NCBI GenBank assembly: GCA_028534125.1 | Contig: CM052850.1 | Span: 19,840,001-19,904,000, forward strand | Direction of reading: 5' to 3' | DNA length: 64,000 nt | Source: Lama glama | Taxonomy: Eukaryota | Part shown: one piece after another, positions 60,972 through 64,000 of the stretch | Numbering within the stretch: the stretch's first letter is position 1 | How the letters are laid out: every line of letters starts with the position of its first letter | Translations under genes and position numbers: made by a program | The notes under the pieces: model-generated | The model's input: the letters and a program-made list of their open reading frames with translations, nothing else | Told to the model about the DNA's origin: nothing | Database searches by the model: none

Positions 60972-61199
60972 CTATTAACACTTCTCAGGAGGCCTTGCTC
61001 ACGACATCCTGGTGATGGTGGGATGTGTGTGTTGGGCGGGGGGATGGTGGGGAGGGGGTTGCTCCCTGGGGGCCCCCAGGCTCTATACGGAAAATTACAG
61101 GGCAGGAAAGGACTCAGGGGATCATTGGCCCTGCAAGAACGGTCGTGCTTAAAACATCCCCCTTAGGCTTAACTAGTGACTTTCCCCAAAACAGTTCTT

Positions 61200-61860
61200 T
61201 AAAAAAAAAATACCTTATTGGGTTTTCAAAATTACCAAAGCTTGTTTTAACGCAGAGGTATGTTCTAATTATTAAAGGAAGAGCTAATCAATAGTTTCCG
61301 TGGTTCCCACTGCCTACTACCTCCACGGAGGTGCTGGGATTAACAGTTTGGTGATTAACCAGAGGGCTTTTACCACCCCTTTTGTGTTTATGCGTCCGTA
61401 TGCAAAAACATACCAGTATGTGTGTACATATAGAGGGATTTTTATTTTCATATGTTGGTGTTTGCTTTTTTTTTTAAAAGAGAAATCATATTACACCCAT
61501 TATGCTGCAGTTTTCTCTTTTTACTTAATAAAATATGAACATTTTCTAAGTCCATACAAATAGATCCACTTCATTTTTTAAAACAGCGACACAATGTTCC
61601 ACAGTATTTGAGTTTATTCAACTGGTTCCCTATTGATGTGTTCAGGTTGTTTCCAGGTTTGTTTTTTAAAAATTATTATTAGCAGTTTAAAAAAAATCCT
61701 TCAGTTTCTTTATTTTGTGTATACGTTGCAAAAGACTATTTTGCCTTGGGAGAATTCTAGAAATGGTGGACAATTAAAATGTTTACTTTACTGTCACACT
61801 GATAAGAGTTTTGAAATCTTAACTTGTCACATTTTCAGAATATTTGCCCCCAGTTACACG
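61200..61860 (-). mobile_element. Old L1ME-type fragment
   Basis: AT-rich; tagatccacttcattttttaaaacagc...ttccctattgatgtgttcaggttgtttccag...gagaattctagaaatgg follows the L1M 3'UTR order. Confidence 0.65.
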
Positions 61861-62779
61861 TTCATTTGGGCAGCCTGGGTCTCCTGAGCTGTATATGTGG
61901 CCTTGTGATGGGAGAGGGTCTGGGAAGACGTTCAGTCCTCAAGGAGCCATGTGCCAGCTTGGGTGCCTGGTGTAGACAAGTGGGTGGACCGCTGTGCTTC
62001 TGTAAGGCAGTTCGCTGGGAGTGTAAGAGACTTAAATGATGATGGTGTGGACCCTGGGTTCAAATCCTGTCTCTACCACTCACTTGCTGTGTGGTCCTGG
62101 GGAAGCTGGCTTATCTGTAAACTAGGGAAAATAACAGAACTTTTCTCGTGGGATTGTTGTGAGGATGAAGAAGGTTAATGTAAAGAAAAGTACTTTGGAC
62201 TGAGCCAGCAAGTTGGAAGCAGTAACAGGCTGTATTTTCTGGTTGCCATTTTCCCCCCACCAACCCCCAGCGGGGAGATCAGGAAAGCTCCCCTGATGGC
62301 AGACGTTTCCGTTGGAGGATGAGTTGGGCATTTTCATCTGTTGTGGGAAACAAACACTCCCCACTTACCACTAACACCTGGTCTTGACCTGGTTCTTCTG
62401 CGCCCCAGGCTGTTGAAAGATCCAGAAACCTTTTTAGTTTTAGGTGCAAAAACGCCCTCTGAGCCAGGGTTAAAGAAATTCTCCCCAGTGGTCAACTGGT
62501 TCATGTTACAATGGGGCCGGGGCTGGCACCCCAGTGACTGGTGATCGTGCTGTTACCCCGAAAGCATTCAGCAGGATTGGTTCATGTATCAAAACAAAAT
62601 GGAGACTTCTCAGAAACCTCCTGTTGAGAAAACGATTCTTCTTACCCGAGACTTAGCAGGTGCCCAGAAACCTTCTAACTACCGGATCTGCCAAGGCATG
62701 TAAATATCCCGAAATATCCTCTGGCCTGGACTGAGAGGGCAAACACCAGTGTTGGTGGTTGGCGTACCTGGGATCAGGG

Positions 62780-63000
62780 CATAGTGGTCAAGATTATGGC
62801 CTTTGGAACATGGCTTCCTGATTTTAGAGCCCAGGTCTGTTCCTTAGTAACTGTATGGCCTTGAACAAATTACTTAATCTCTCTGAGCCTCAGTTTCCCT
62901 ATCTGTATAATGGGCATGATAATACCTATCCCAGAATGCTGTTAAAGGCCAAGTGAGTTAATGCCTGTAAAGCACAGGGCCTGGTATGTGGTGAGGCTGA
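62780..63000 (+). mobile_element. MIR SINE
   Basis: tgtatggccttgaacaaattacttaatctctctgagcctcagtttccctatctgtataatgggcatgataatacct. Confidence 0.85.
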
Positions 63001-64000
63001 ACTATCTGGTGTCTGTTGTTCTGGCTGTTGATGGAGATGGGCACCCTGCCCCCTCCTCACCTCCCCTGAAATTGGGGCTAGCACTCTGGACCTTCCTTCC
63101 CAGGTGCTACTTGAGAATTGGCTCTGTGACAGTGTAGGGCACAGGGTGGGAAATCCCCAGTGAGGGCACCAACCCTGCCTGGGGTTGGGAAGAGGCCAGC
63201 TAAGACATGTGGAAAGGAGAGCCTCTCAATCTGGGTTTTCAAGAATGAGAAGGGACTCCCTAGTGAGGAGGTTGAGAAGGGGGAACAGCTTGTATAAAAC
63301 TTCAAGGGACAGAAGTTCAGGGATCACAAGTAACTAGGTTTGGCTGGAATGAGATGCCAGGTTGTGGGGTGCAGCAAAGGCTAGGACCACGTGGTGAAGG
63401 GCTCTTGTGCCAAGAGCAACCAAGAGGTTGAACTTGATTCTGAACGCTCTGGGGAGCCATTGAAAGTCTCCAAGGAGGGAAGTAACATGCCTGGTTTGCA
63501 TTCTAGACCATTTGATCTGGTAGCGGGGTGGAAGATGGATGGGGTGGGGCATGTTATGATACCAGGGCGTGGCTGATCTAACCCATGCGCTGGCTGAGGT
63601 CATCTTACCCTTACTGCTGCAAATAGAATTGGGCACAAACTCCCACCCCAAACAAGGAGGGGGCCCAGTATCTCTCCACGGGTGTCAGGATTCACTGGAT
63701 TCCATTTATCTCCTGGCAACTCCTCTCATGCCAGACTCCTGTGTCTGCTGAATTCTCCAGCTCCTTCCTGCACACAGTGACCCTTGTAGGCACCGGGTCA
63801 CCTCCTAGTCCCTCCATTCCTACAGGACCCGTGATCAAAGCCTGACTTCTGTGTGGGTTGGGAGAGAGGGGAGGGTGTGGTGTCGCTGGTGGCACAACAA
63901 ACAACAGGGCACTGAACTTTGCATAGTGTTGTATGTGAACGTCTCATGACTGTTCCTGCCTCCAGGGTGGGTGGTCCGTGGCAGCTGCTTCTAAGTGGGC

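Overview
This is mammalian genomic DNA, most likely camelid (alpaca/llama/camel), judged from five tRNA-Ala-derived Vic-1-type SINEs and no recognisable Alu, B1, CHR or Bov-tA elements. The whole window appears to lie inside KCNN3 (SK3, small-conductance Ca2+-activated K+ channel), transcribed on the + strand. The only protein-coding sequence I can support is the 96-nt exon 2 (30718-30813, [32 protein letters not shown], the S2 helix). The rest is about 30.7 kb of intron 1 and 33.2 kb of intron 2, filled with MIR, L2, L1, CR1, hAT (MER20/MER5/Charlie) and MaLR LTR relics, often nested. The other ORFs in the track look spurious. The main unexplained structures are: (i) an inverted duplication of non-repeat sequence (about 5800-6002 vs 7799-8040, with a 79-bp core at about 94% identity) around a GC/CpG-shifted 1.8-kb segment; (ii) a near-perfect REST/RE1 site born inside an L2 3' end (56196-56216); (iii) a perfect inverted pair of POU octamers (9460-9496); (iv) a GC-box/CCAAT/TATA-like candidate internal promoter near 13.2 kb; (v) candidate poison exons, the best at 40255-40412; (vi) an inverted SINE pair and a Z-DNA palindrome. 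All functional interpretations are hypotheses from sequence alone, and repeat subfamily names are from memory of the consensus sequences.
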